64,000 nucleotides of DNA from Anaeromyxobacteraceae bacterium. GTDB taxonomy: Bacteria > Myxococcota > Myxococcia > Myxococcales > Anaeromyxobacteraceae. The stretch spans positions 32,001 to 96,000 of the forward strand of contig JAULAX010000005.1 of assembly GCA_032654565.1 (NCBI GenBank), written 5' to 3'. The notes under the pieces are model-generated. The model was not told the DNA's origin. It saw nothing but the letters and a program-made list of their open reading frames with translations, and did no database searches. The position numbers and the translations under genes are program-made. Below, piece after piece: positions 29,784 to 38,601 of this stretch (within the stretch, counting starts at the first letter, position 1; every line of letters starts with the position of its first letter).

Positions 29784-32700
29784 CTAGGGGGTCCCGCCCA
29801 GGTCCTCGATCTCACGGCGGATGTCGTCGGTGTCGTCGGCGTCCGGCTTGAGCGCCAGGTAGGCCTTGAACTCGGTCACGGCGCGCGCCTTGGCTCCCTT
29901 CTCCTTGTAGACGTAGCCCAGGTAGTAGTGGGGCATGGGGTTGGCCTTGTCGGTCGCCGCCGCCTTCTCGTACCAGGGCACCGCCGCCGCCGCCCCCTGG
30001 GACTCGTGGAGCGCCCGGGCCAGCCTGTAGAACACCGTGACCTCGGCCGGATCGGCCTTGATCACCTCGCGGTAGAGCTTGATGGCCTCGCCGGCCTTGC
30101 GCTCCTTGAGCCGGCAGTCGGCCAGCTCCACCTTGAAGCGGGAGACCCTGGGCGCGATGGCCATGGCCTTCTCGAAGTACGGGGTGGCCTCCTTGAAGTT
30201 GCCGTGGCCGGCGTAGAGCAGCCCCAGCCGCTCCAGCGGCTCGGTGAACTTCGGGTCGGCGGCGGCCGAGGCCTTGTAGGCCTCCACCGCCTCGCCGGGG
30301 GCGTTGGTCCGCTCCAGGGCGATGCCGAGGTGGAGCCGGTAGCGGGCGTCCTTGGGATCCTGCTCGACGGCGCGGCGCAGGCGGTTCATGGCGGCGGGGG
30401 TCTCCCCCTTGGCCAGCAGGGCCCGCCCGAACCAGTGCTGCCCCTCCGACAGGTTGGCGTCGAGGCCGGTGCCGAGGGTGAGCGCCTCGACGGCCCCGGA
30501 GGCGTCGTCGCGGAGCAGCTTCACCGCCCCCAGCCGGATCTGCGCCAGGGCGTTCTTGGGCGCCAGCTCCACGGCGGTGGCGAAGCTCTTCTGCGCCCCC
30601 TCCAGGTCGCCGGCCTTCCAGCGCAGCGACCCGAGCGCGGCGTGGGCCTGGGCGTTGCGCGGCTCCAGCTCCAGCACCTGCTCCAGCCCGCTCCGGGCCG
30701 CCGCCTCGTCGCCGCGGGCCTGGGCCAGCTGCGCCAGCCCCAGCGCCGCGCCGGCGAACTCGGGGTCCAGCTGCAGCGCCGCCTGGTAGGCCGCGCCGGC
30801 GCCGGCCAGGTCGCCCCGGGCCGCCTTGAGATCGCCCAGCGCCGACTGGGCCGCCGGCTCGCGCGGGGCCTTCTCCACCGCGAAGGCCAGCGCCGCCTCG
30901 GCGGCGGCCAGGTCCTTCTCGCCCAGCGCCATCCGCCCCAGGTCGACGCGGAAGGCCACCTCGCCCGGCGCCTTGGCGGCCGCCTCCTCGTAGAGCTTGC
31001 GGGCCTCGGCCGGCTTGGCCTGGGCCTCCAGCGCCGCCCCCTTGGCGGCCAGCAGCCGGGCGTTCCCCGGCGACCGGGCCAGCGCCGCATCGGCCAGCTG
31101 CGTGGCGTCGAGCACCCGGCCCGCCGCCGCCAGGGCGCGGACCCGCAGGTCGGCCACCGCCGGGTCACCGGCGGCGCCGGCGGCCAGCGGCTCCAGCGCC
31201 GCCACCGCCGCGGCCGGATCGCCTCGCCGGAGCCGGAGCCTGGCCAGCGACAGGCGCAGCCCGCTCTCCTTGGGATCGAGCCCCAGGGCCGCGTCGTAGG
31301 CCTCCGCGGCCGCCGCCGCGGTGGCGGCCCGGCGACCCAGCAGCGCCCCCCGCAGCCCCAGCGCCCGCGCCCGCTCACCGGGCCCGAGCCGCGCCTCGGT
31401 CTCCTTGGCGAGCAGCTCGTCGACCGCCTTCCCGGCCGCCTCCAGCTCGCCGGCGGCCTCGGCCAGCGCCGCCAGCTCCAGCCGGGTGGGGAGATGGCCG
31501 GGCGAGCGGGCCAGCCCCTTCTCGAACCAGGCACGCGCCCCGGCGGCGTCGCCGCTGGCCGCCGCGGCCTGCCCCAGCCCCCGGGCCGCCCGCGGGGTGT
31601 TGGGCTGCGCCGCCTCCAGCTTCTGGTAGAAGCCGGCGGCGCGGGCCGCGTCTCCGCGGGCCAGGGCCACCTTGCCGAGCAGGTCGAGGCCGTCGGGCGT
31701 CGGTCCGCCCTTCACCTTCTCCAGCGCCGCCTCGGCGGCGCTCACCGCCCTGGCCCCGTCCAGCGTCGCCACCGCCAGCACCGCCAGCGGCGTGGCCGGG
31801 TCGTCCTGCTCCTTGGAGGCGAGGGTGGCCGCCAGGGCCCGCGCCTGCTGCACCGCCGGCGCCGGGGCGGCGTGGCGCAGGTCGAGCGCCGCCACCGCGA
31901 CCGCCTGGAGCGCCGCCACCGAGATCTCGCGATCGTCGGCGCGCAGCGCCTGCTCGGCGGCGGCCAGGGCCGCCTGGTCGGAGGCCAGGTCGTCGCGGGA
32001 CAGGGCCTGGCGCGCCTCGGTCGCCAGCTGGGCGACGCGGGCCTTCTCCCCCGAACCGCGCAGCGCCTTGTAGTAGAAGAAGCCGTGGCGGGTGAGGAGG
32101 CCGGTGGCGCCCAGGCCGAGCACCAGCAGCGTGGCGCCGGCGGCGATGGCCGGCTTCAGCCAGCGGCGCGGGTTGCCCGACGTCGCGGACCCCTCGGTCA
32201 GCTTGGAGGCGGCCATGCGATCGCCGAAGGGCACCCCCGCCAGGGCCGCCGGCCGGCTGCTGGTCGGGGCGCCGCCCAGCTCCTCGGGCGTGGCGGTGAG
32301 CGTCCGCATGGCCGCGGCGAACTCCGGCACCGAGCCGATGGGGTCCCAGACGCCGCCGCCGTCGGAGGAGATGTCCTCGTTGCCGAGCAGCTCCCCCTTG
32401 GTGACCATGGCGACGATCTGGGCCGCCTCGAACGGACCGAAGACCTTGCCCGAGCGCCGGCGCACCTTGAAGCCGACCGCGGCCGACTCCAGTCCGGGGT
32501 GGGAGCGGCTCCCGGGATCGCCGAAGAGCGGCTCCAGGTCCTCACCGTCGGCGGCCGCGGCGGCCGGCGACCGGCGGGGCGCGGCGGCGGCGGGCGGCGG
32601 GGCGATGGGCTCCGGGGCGGGGGGCGCGGCGGCGTACGCTGGCGGGGGGGATGGCGGCGCGGTGTCGAGCGACGCGAAGGGGTCCTCCTTGGGGGCCGGG

Positions 32701-33305
32701 ACCTCGAAGGGCTCCTCCGGGGGCGGCGGCAGGGGGGCGGGCTCGCCGAAGTCCACCTCGCCGAAGCCGAGCGGATCCGAGGGGACCGGGAAGGGGTCCT
32801 GCGGCGAGGCGGGCGCGAGGGGCGGCGGCTGAGGCGCGACCACCGCCGCGACGAAGGGCGAGTCGACCGGGGCGAACGGGCTGTCGGCGGCGGCGAAGGG
32901 GCTCTCGGCCGCGGCGAAGGCGCCGTCGCTGCTGGCGAAGGGTGAGTCGCCGGCGGCCGACGCCGCGGGAAGCGGGGGCGGGGGCGGAGTCATCACCGGC
33001 GGTGAACCCAGCGGCCCGGCGCCGACCACCGGGGGCCGGGCCGGTCGGGGCGGCTGCGGCAGCGGCACGGCCGCCGGCGCCGCGGGGCGGGGGGGCGGCG
33101 CCATGGCTGGCGGCGCCACCGGCGGCGGCGTGAAGCTGGCGGGGGCCGGCAGCGGCACCGCGGTCGAGGCGCTCTCCCCGGCGCCGGTGCGGCGCACCGG
33201 GAAGGACTGCTGGCACTTGGGACAGCGGACGTTGGTGCCGCCGTCGGGGATGCGCCCGTCGTCGACGTGGTAGGCGGCGCTGCAGTGCGGGCAGGTGACC
33301 CTCAT
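29784..33305 (-). CDS. Zinc-ribbon + GYF-like + TM + multi-TPR protein (myxobacterial type)
   Basis: MRVTCPHC...VRCPKC (MJ0042-type zinc ribbon), Pro-rich linker, VRRRSGKVFGPF (GYF_2-like), one TM helix, many TPRs. Confidence 0.85.
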   Translation of the reverse strand: MRVTCPHCSAAYHVDDGRIPDGGTNVRCPKCQQSFPVRRTGAGESASTAVPLPAPASFTPPPVAPPAMAPPPRPAAPAAVPLPQPPRPARPPVVGAGPLGSPPVMTPPPPPLPAASAAGDSPFASSDGAFAAAESPFAAADSPFAPVDSPFVAAVVAPQPPPLAPASPQDPFPVPSDPLGFGEVDFGEPAPLPPPPEEPFEVPAPKEDPFASLDTAPPSPPPAYAAAPPAPEPIAPPPAAAAPRRSPAAAAADGEDLEPLFGDPGSRSHPGLESAAVGFKVRRRSGKVFGPFEAAQIVAMVTKGELLGNEDISSDGGGVWDPIGSVPEFAAAMRTLTATPEELGGAPTSSRPAALAGVPFGDRMAASKLTEGSATSGNPRRWLKPAIAAGATLLVLGLGATGLLTRHGFFYYKALRGSGEKARVAQLATEARQALSRDDLASDQAALAAAEQALRADDREISVAALQAVAVAALDLRHAAPAPAVQQARALAATLASKEQDDPATPLAVLAVATLDGARAVSAAEAALEKVKGGPTPDGLDLLGKVALARGDAARAAGFYQKLEAAQPNTPRAARGLGQAAAASGDAAGARAWFEKGLARSPGHLPTRLELAALAEAAGELEAAGKAVDELLAKETEARLGPGERARALGLRGALLGRRAATAAAAAEAYDAALGLDPKESGLRLSLARLRLRRGDPAAAVAALEPLAAGAAGDPAVADLRVRALAAAGRVLDATQLADAALARSPGNARLLAAKGAALEAQAKPAEARKLYEEAAAKAPGEVAFRVDLGRMALGEKDLAAAEAALAFAVEKAPREPAAQSALGDLKAARGDLAGAGAAYQAALQLDPEFAGAALGLAQLAQARGDEAAARSGLEQVLELEPRNAQAHAALGSLRWKAGDLEGAQKSFATAVELAPKNALAQIRLGAVKLLRDDASGAVEALTLGTGLDANLSEGQHWFGRALLAKGETPAAMNRLRRAVEQDPKDARYRLHLGIALERTNAPGEAVEAYKASAAADPKFTEPLERLGLLYAGHGNFKEATPYFEKAMAIAPRVSRFKVELADCRLKERKAGEAIKLYREVIKADPAEVTVFYRLARALHESQGAAAAVPWYEKAAATDKANPMPHYYLGYVYKEKGAKARAVTEFKAYLALKPDADDTDDIRREIEDLGGTP
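32853..32957. repeat. Five 21-bp in-frame tandem repeats encoding (D/E)SPF-type heptads
   Basis: Units start at 32853, 32874, 32895, 32916 and 32937, each GAA....GGC. Protein reads DSPFASSDGAFAAAESPFAAADSPFAPVDSPF. Confidence 0.75.
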
Positions 33306-33311
33306 GATCGG

Positions 33312-34142
33312 TTACCCCTCGGGCTCGAAGCGGCGCTTCAGTTCCAGGTAGGTGACGTAGTCGGCGGCCAGGGAGGAGTCTCGGCCGACGCTCCCCTCCG
33401 GCATCAGCCGGGCGTGCAGCAGCTCGGAGACGACGCGGGAGGGCTGCTCCACCGCGAGCTCGCCGACCTCGGCGATCTCCCCGGCCCCCAGCGCCGCGAA
33501 GCGCGGCTTGAGCTCGGCGTAGCGCAGGAAGGCGTCGACCACCTCGGCCGGCGCCAGCTGCGAACTCGACCCGACCTCGCGCACCAGCCGGTCGTGGCGC
33601 AGCCGCTCCCAGAGCGCCTCGCCGCCCATCTCGGCGCCGGCCCGGATCGCCAGGGCCGCCCCGTCCAGCCCGGTGGGGATGGGCCGGAAGCCGTCCTGCC
33701 CCGGCGCCCCGGACAGCGCCCGGAGCAGCGCCACCGCCCGGCAGGCCTCGTCGGCGGAGAGGAAGTCGCGGATCTGCCGGTTGGCCTCGCGCAGCCGGCG
33801 TGACAGCCGCCGCAGGATGCGCAGCGCCACCTCGCCCCGCTCGGTCACCATCCGCTCGAAGGCCGCCTCGTCCAGCTCCAGCACCCGGGCCGGCTCGTCC
33901 ACCACCGCCGAGGCGGAGCGGGGCTGGTGGTCGAGCAGCGCCATCTCGCCGAAGAACTCGCCGGGACCGAGCCGCGCCAGCGTCACCTGGCGGGGGCCGT
34001 TCCGCTTGACGATGCGCACCTGCCCGGACTGGATCACGTAGAGCCGGCTGCCCGGATCGCCCTCGTCGAAGATGACGGCGCCGGCGGGGAAGTCCCTGCC
34101 GTAGAGGTCGGCGGCGGCGCGATGGGGAGTCGAGGAGTCCAT
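33312..34142 (-). CDS. Cyclic-nucleotide-binding (Crp/Fnr-like) protein
   Basis: IFDEGDPG..LYVIQSGQV, GEFFGEMALL..PRSASA phosphate-binding cassette. Confidence 0.88.
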   Translation of the reverse strand: MDSSTPHRAAADLYGRDFPAGAVIFDEGDPGSRLYVIQSGQVRIVKRNGPRQVTLARLGPGEFFGEMALLDHQPRSASAVVDEPARVLELDEAAFERMVTERGEVALRILRRLSRRLREANRQIRDFLSADEACRAVALLRALSGAPGQDGFRPIPTGLDGAALAIRAGAEMGGEALWERLRHDRLVREVGSSSQLAPAEVVDAFLRYAELKPRFAALGAGEIAEVGELAVEQPSRVVSELLHARLMPEGSVGRDSSLAADYVTYLELKRRFEPEG

Positions 34143-34282
34143 GCGGGGCGGGCAGGGGCGGCGGGACGACGGCGAAAGCCGTGGAGATCCGCGACGCTAC
34201 ACCCGGAAGAACGACCGTTCAAGGCGGCGACCGGGGCGCCGCGGCGAGGCCGCCGGGCCTCCCGCGTGCTAGATCCGGTGGC

Positions 34283-35137
34283 GTGCCGCCGCCGAGCCAG
34301 ACCCTGCAGCAGCAGCTGCGCGAGTGGACCTACCAGCTGGGCGGCCCGGGAACCCGGGAGCGGCTGGAGAAGCTGACGCCGCCGCGCAACGAGTACGGCG
34401 TCGACCCCTACGGCTTCGACATCGACTACACGCTGGCGGCGGTGGCTCCCTTCGCCTGGCTCTACCGCCACTACTTCCGGGTGTCGCTGCACGGCATCGA
34501 GCGGGTCCCGTCCGACGGCCGGGTGCTGCTGGTCGCCAACCACTCCGGCCAGCTCCCCTTCGACGCCGCCATGATCGAGCTGGCGCTGCTCCTCGACATG
34601 GACCCGCCGCGCATCGCCCGCGCCCTGGTGGAGCGCTGGGTCCCCACCCTCCCCTTCGTGGCCCCGTTCTTCGCCCGGCTCGGGCAGGTGGTGGGCACCC
34701 AGGAGAACTGCCGGCGGCTGCTGGCCGCCGACGAGGCGCTGCTGGTCTTCCCCGAGGGGGTGCGCGGCCTCAACAAGACCTTCAGCGAGCGGTACAAGCT
34801 GCGCACCTTCTCCACCGGCTTCGTGCGGCTGGCGCTGGAGGCCGGGGCGCCCATCGTGCCCATCGCCGTGGTCGGGGCCGAGGAGCAGGCGCCGGCGCTG
34901 GTGGACCTGAAGCCGCTGGCCCGGCTGCTGGGCCTGCCGGCGCTGCCCATCACCCCCTACCTGCTGCCACTGCCGCTGCCGGTCCACTACCACCTCCACT
35001 TCGGCGAGCCGATCCGCTTCACCGGCTCCCCCGACGCCGACGACGCCGAGCTGGAGCGGCAGGCCGGCGAGGTGCAGGGGGCGGTGCAGGGGCTGGTGAA
35101 CCAGGGGCTGGCCGAGCGGCCCGGGGTGTTCCTGTGA
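34283..35137 (+). CDS. Lysophospholipid/DAG acyltransferase family protein
   Basis: NEYGVDPYGFD, ANHSGQLPFD (HX4D-like), VFPEG, GFVRLAL, PIVP. Start uncertain (34181 or 34283). Confidence 0.88.
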   Translation: MPPPSQTLQQQLREWTYQLGGPGTRERLEKLTPPRNEYGVDPYGFDIDYTLAAVAPFAWLYRHYFRVSLHGIERVPSDGRVLLVANHSGQLPFDAAMIELALLLDMDPPRIARALVERWVPTLPFVAPFFARLGQVVGTQENCRRLLAADEALLVFPEGVRGLNKTFSERYKLRTFSTGFVRLALEAGAPIVPIAVVGAEEQAPALVDLKPLARLLGLPALPITPYLLPLPLPVHYHLHFGEPIRFTGSPDADDAELERQAGEVQGAVQGLVNQGLAERPGVFL

Positions 35138-35165
35138 CCGGGTCGGCCGCCGCGCGGGGGGCGCC

Positions 35166-36098
35166 GTGAGCACGCCGCTGCCCGGCCCGGTGCTGATCAC
35201 CGGCATCGCCGGCAACCTGGGGCGGGCCCTGGCCAAGCAGCTGCACCTCGAGACCGAGGTGATCGGCGTCGACCGCCGCCCCTTCCCCGACAAGCCCAAG
35301 GACGTGGAGCACCACCAGCTCGACCTGCGCAAGGCCAGGGTCGACGACCTCTTCCGCCGCCGCCGCCCCGAGGCGCTCATCCACCTCGGCATCTCCCACG
35401 ACCCGCGCATGCCCTTCAGCGAGGCCCACAACTTCAACGTGGTGGGGACCCAGAAGATCCTCGACCTCTGCGTGCGCCACGGCGTCAAGAAGGTGGTGGT
35501 GCTCTCCAGCGCCAACGTCTACGGCCCGCTCCCCAACAACTCCAACTTCCTCGCCGAGGAGACGCCGCTGATGGCGGCCGACCGCTTCTCCGGGGTGCGC
35601 GACCTGATCGAGCTCGACATGTACGCGCAGTCGTTCGTCTGGCGCCACCCCGAGGTGGAGACGGTCATCCTGCGCCCCTGCAACATCGTCGGCCCCACGG
35701 TGCGCAACGCCCCGTCCAATTTCCTCAGGCTGCAGCGGCCGCTCACGGTGATGGGCTTCGACCCCATGATCCAGCTCATCCACGAGGACGACGTGGCCGG
35801 GGCGCTGCTGCGGGCGCTCCGCCCCGGCTCCCGGGGCGTCTACAACGTGGTCGGGCCCGGCGAGGTGCCGCTCTCGGCCGTCCTCCGCGAGCTGGGTCGG
35901 GAGCCGATGCCGGTGCCCGACTTCCTGCTGCGCCCCACCCTGCGCCGGCTCTTCAAGGCCGGGGTGGTCTCCTTCCCGCCCGAGGAGCTGGACCACCTGC
36001 AGTACCTCTGCGTGGTGGACGGCTCGCGGGCCCGGCGCGAGCTGGGCTGGTCCCCCCGCTTCTCGCTGCGCGAGACCATCCGGAGCGTGCTGGCGTGA
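35166..36098 (+). CDS. NAD-dependent epimerase/dehydratase (extended SDR)
   Basis: ITGIAGNLG, NVVGT, SSANVYG, LRPCNIVGP, QLIHEDD. Confidence 0.9.
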   Translation: MSTPLPGPVLITGIAGNLGRALAKQLHLETEVIGVDRRPFPDKPKDVEHHQLDLRKARVDDLFRRRRPEALIHLGISHDPRMPFSEAHNFNVVGTQKILDLCVRHGVKKVVVLSSANVYGPLPNNSNFLAEETPLMAADRFSGVRDLIELDMYAQSFVWRHPEVETVILRPCNIVGPTVRNAPSNFLRLQRPLTVMGFDPMIQLIHEDDVAGALLRALRPGSRGVYNVVGPGEVPLSAVLRELGREPMPVPDFLLRPTLRRLFKAGVVSFPPEELDHLQYLCVVDGSRARRELGWSPRFSLRETIRSVLA

Positions 36099-36997
36099 TC
36101 GACCGGCTCACCCGGGCGCTCCACCCCGGCCACGGCCTGCGCGCCCTGGTGGTGCGCGTCGGCGACCTGGCCCGCATGACCCGGCTCCTCCACGGCCTGG
36201 CCCCGACCAGCGCCCGGCTCTTCGCCGAGGGGCTGGCGGCGGGGGCGCTGCTGGGGGCGCTGCAGAAGGACGAGGAGCGGGTCAACCTGCAGCTGGAGTG
36301 CGCCGGGCCGCTGCGCGGGCTCTTCGTCGACGCCGAGCCGGCCGGCAACCTGCGCGGCTACGTGCGCGGCCCGGAGGTCGACCTCCCCGGCGATCCGGAG
36401 GCCGCGGCCCTGGCGGCGCTGGGCGGCGGCGGCTTCCTCTCGGTGCTGCGGGTGCGGACCGACGGCACCTTCTACCGCAGCTCGGTGGAGCTGCGGCGCG
36501 AGCCGCTGGCCGCGGCGGTGCGCCGCTGGTTCGCCGCCAGCGACCAGGTGGAGACGGCGCTGGCGCTGGAGGTGCTCCCCCGCGGCGACGAGCCGCTCGG
36601 CCAGGTGGCCGGCCTGCTGGTGCAGCGGCTCCCCGGCGGCGAGGGCTCGACGGTGGTGGACGCCCGCGACGCCATCGACGCCGGCGCCCTCGGCGCCGGG
36701 CTGGAGACCGGCGCCCCGGCGCTGGCGCTGCTGGAGGCAGTGGCCGGCCCCGGCTGGGAGCTGCTGGCCGAGCAGGAGGTGGCCTACCGCTGCGGCTGCA
36801 GCCTGGAGCGGGTGCGCAACGCCGTCACCGCGCTGGGGGCCGACGGCCTCGCCGACCTGGCCGCCACCGTGGGGAAGGCCGAGGTCGACTGCGAGTTCTG
36901 CCACGCCCACTACGTGCTCGACGCCGCGGCGCTGGGCGAGCTGGAGCAGCGGCTGCGCCAGGCCCGGCCGGAGCCGGAGCCAGGGCCGGCTCCGTAG
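36095..36997 (+). CDS. hslO: Hsp33 redox-regulated chaperone
   Basis: GPLRGL..DA..G.LRGY, SDQVET, GLLVQRLP, CGCS and CEFC zinc ligands. Confidence 0.9.
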   Translation: MIDRLTRALHPGHGLRALVVRVGDLARMTRLLHGLAPTSARLFAEGLAAGALLGALQKDEERVNLQLECAGPLRGLFVDAEPAGNLRGYVRGPEVDLPGDPEAAALAALGGGGFLSVLRVRTDGTFYRSSVELRREPLAAAVRRWFAASDQVETALALEVLPRGDEPLGQVAGLLVQRLPGGEGSTVVDARDAIDAGALGAGLETGAPALALLEAVAGPGWELLAEQEVAYRCGCSLERVRNAVTALGADGLADLAATVGKAEVDCEFCHAHYVLDAAALGELEQRLRQARPEPEPGPAP

Positions 36998-37016
36998 CCG
37001 CCAGCCCCCGCCGGCG

Positions 37017-37835
37017 TCAGCGGGTCTCCTTCATCACCCAGCGCTGGGCGATCCCTGCGGAGAAGGCGAAGGCCGCGGCCAGGGACCGGAACACCTCCTC
37101 GACGACGCGCACCGTCCGATCGTCGAGGCCGGCCACGCCGCCGTAGGTCTCGGTGGCGTCGTAGCCGAGCCAGCCGACCAGGCTGGCGGTGAGCATCAGC
37201 CAGGGCCAGGCCACCAGGCCGCCGCCCAGCGCCAGCGCCGCGTGCAGCACCGGGACGGCGACCACGAAGAGGCTGCCGTCGAGCAGGTCGCTGAGGACGT
37301 CTCCGGCCGCCAGCACGTCGCCGCCCAGCGCCGCGGGGAGCCGCTCCAGCAGGTCGGGACCGGCCAGCGTCGCCGCCACCAGCAGCGCCACCAGCCGGGC
37401 CACCAGGCGACCGGCCCGCGAAGTGCTGTCGAGGCCGGAGGCGCGCCAGGCGCGGGAGAGCAGCAGGAACCCGGCCACGGCCAGGGCGCCGAAGGCCACG
37501 CTGGTCGTGGCGCTGACCCATGGGGCGCGCTCCACCGCCGGGTAGAGGCCGCTGGCGCTGACCCCCATGCGCAGCCGGCCCGGGATCAGCGCCAGGTAGG
37601 AGATGGAGATCAGGAGCCAGCCCAGGCGCATGGGCTCGCCGCGATCGAAGGTGAGCGCCGAGACCAGCGTCCCCCCGGTGGCGAAGAGGTACATGGCGAC
37701 CGCCCAGCCGAAGTAGGCGCCGGCCAGCTGCGCCGGCTCGGCGATGGAGGCGGCGAACGGGACCGGGAGCAGCCCGACACCGACGGTGACCAGGGCGAGC
37801 GCCTGGAAGCGGAGGTGCCGCCTGGGGTGGTTCAT
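37017..37835 (-). CDS. Multi-pass (~7-8 TM) membrane protein, sensor-like, with no output domain
   Basis: Hydrophobic helices throughout. MRLGWLLI and VAWPWLML motifs. Start overlaps the upstream stop (ATGA). Confidence 0.7.
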   Translation of the reverse strand: MNHPRRHLRFQALALVTVGVGLLPVPFAASIAEPAQLAGAYFGWAVAMYLFATGGTLVSALTFDRGEPMRLGWLLISISYLALIPGRLRMGVSASGLYPAVERAPWVSATTSVAFGALAVAGFLLLSRAWRASGLDSTSRAGRLVARLVALLVAATLAGPDLLERLPAALGGDVLAAGDVLSDLLDGSLFVVAVPVLHAALALGGGLVAWPWLMLTASLVGWLGYDATETYGGVAGLDDRTVRVVEEVFRSLAAAFAFSAGIAQRWVMKETR

Positions 37836-38071
37836 CGGAGCTCCCGGGTCATCTCTTCGACGAGGCGCTCGGCGGTGGCGGCCCCGAGCAGGGTGCGGAG
37901 GGCTGGCCGCAGCGAGGCGAGGAGCCGCGGGACGTCGGCGACGGTGAGCGCCTCTGGCTCCATCAGCAGATCGCGACGGCAGAAGGTGCGGGTGGCGTTC
38001 CGGGCCATGTTGGGCCCGAGGAGAGGGGCGAGCCTCCCCTCGATCTGCTCGCTGATGGTGCCGCCCGTCAT
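37832..38071 (-). CDS. Small helical hypothetical protein (79 aa)
   Basis: LAPLLGPNMARNA...LRTLLG..A. Translationally coupled to the membrane protein. TAGGCT box upstream. Confidence 0.7.
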   Translation of the reverse strand: MTGGTISEQIEGRLAPLLGPNMARNATRTFCRRDLLMEPEALTVADVPRLLASLRPALRTLLGAATAERLVEEMTRELR

Positions 38072-38177
38072 GAGGGGCGGGAGCCTAACCCGAACGGGCC
38101 ACCGGGAGGTACCGGTCCGGCCTCGACCGGGACCGGGACGGCGGCGCGCGGCCGACGGCCGACGGCCAGGGGCGCCC

Positions 38178-38534
38178 TCACCCGACGAGGAAGTCGAGCG
38201 CCTCCTCCCGGGTGCGGAAGGCCCGGGTGCTCCGCTCGCCGGTGGCGCGCAGGTAGGCGTTGAAGAAGACGGTCTTGAGGCCGCTGATGCCGGTGAGCGC
38301 CGAGCGGTCGATCAGCCGCGCGTTCATGCGCCCCACCTGCTTGACCCGCTTCATGAACGCGCTGCCGACCACCGAGCCCTCGAAGTCGTTGTAGAGGAGG
38401 GCGGGGCGGCGGAGCGGCTGCATCATGGCGCTGCCGGCCTCCAGCGTGGCGATGAGCGCCTCGTCGCTCCGCTGATCACGATAGTCGAAGAAGAGCACCT
38501 GGCGACCACGGTGCTCGATCCAGCTCGCCGGCAT
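38178..38534 (-). CDS. STAS/SEC14 (SpoIIAA-like) small protein
   Basis: WIEHRG..VL..DY, SALTGISGLK..F.NAY, F.TREEALDFL. Confidence 0.7.
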   Translation of the reverse strand: MPASWIEHRGRQVLFFDYRDQRSDEALIATLEAGSAMMQPLRRPALLYNDFEGSVVGSAFMKRVKQVGRMNARLIDRSALTGISGLKTVFFNAYLRATGERSTRAFRTREEALDFLVG

Positions 38535-38601
38535 GACCCCTCCCTCGGCGCCGAGCCTACCATCGCGGCCATCGCCGGGCGCGCCGCCCCCGGCCCGGCC
38601 G

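Noticed and set aside
32191..32201. CCCTCGGTCAG matching the repeat-family end
   Set aside because: It lies in-frame within the TPR gene (codons L-T-E-G) with no further similarity, so it is likely chance.
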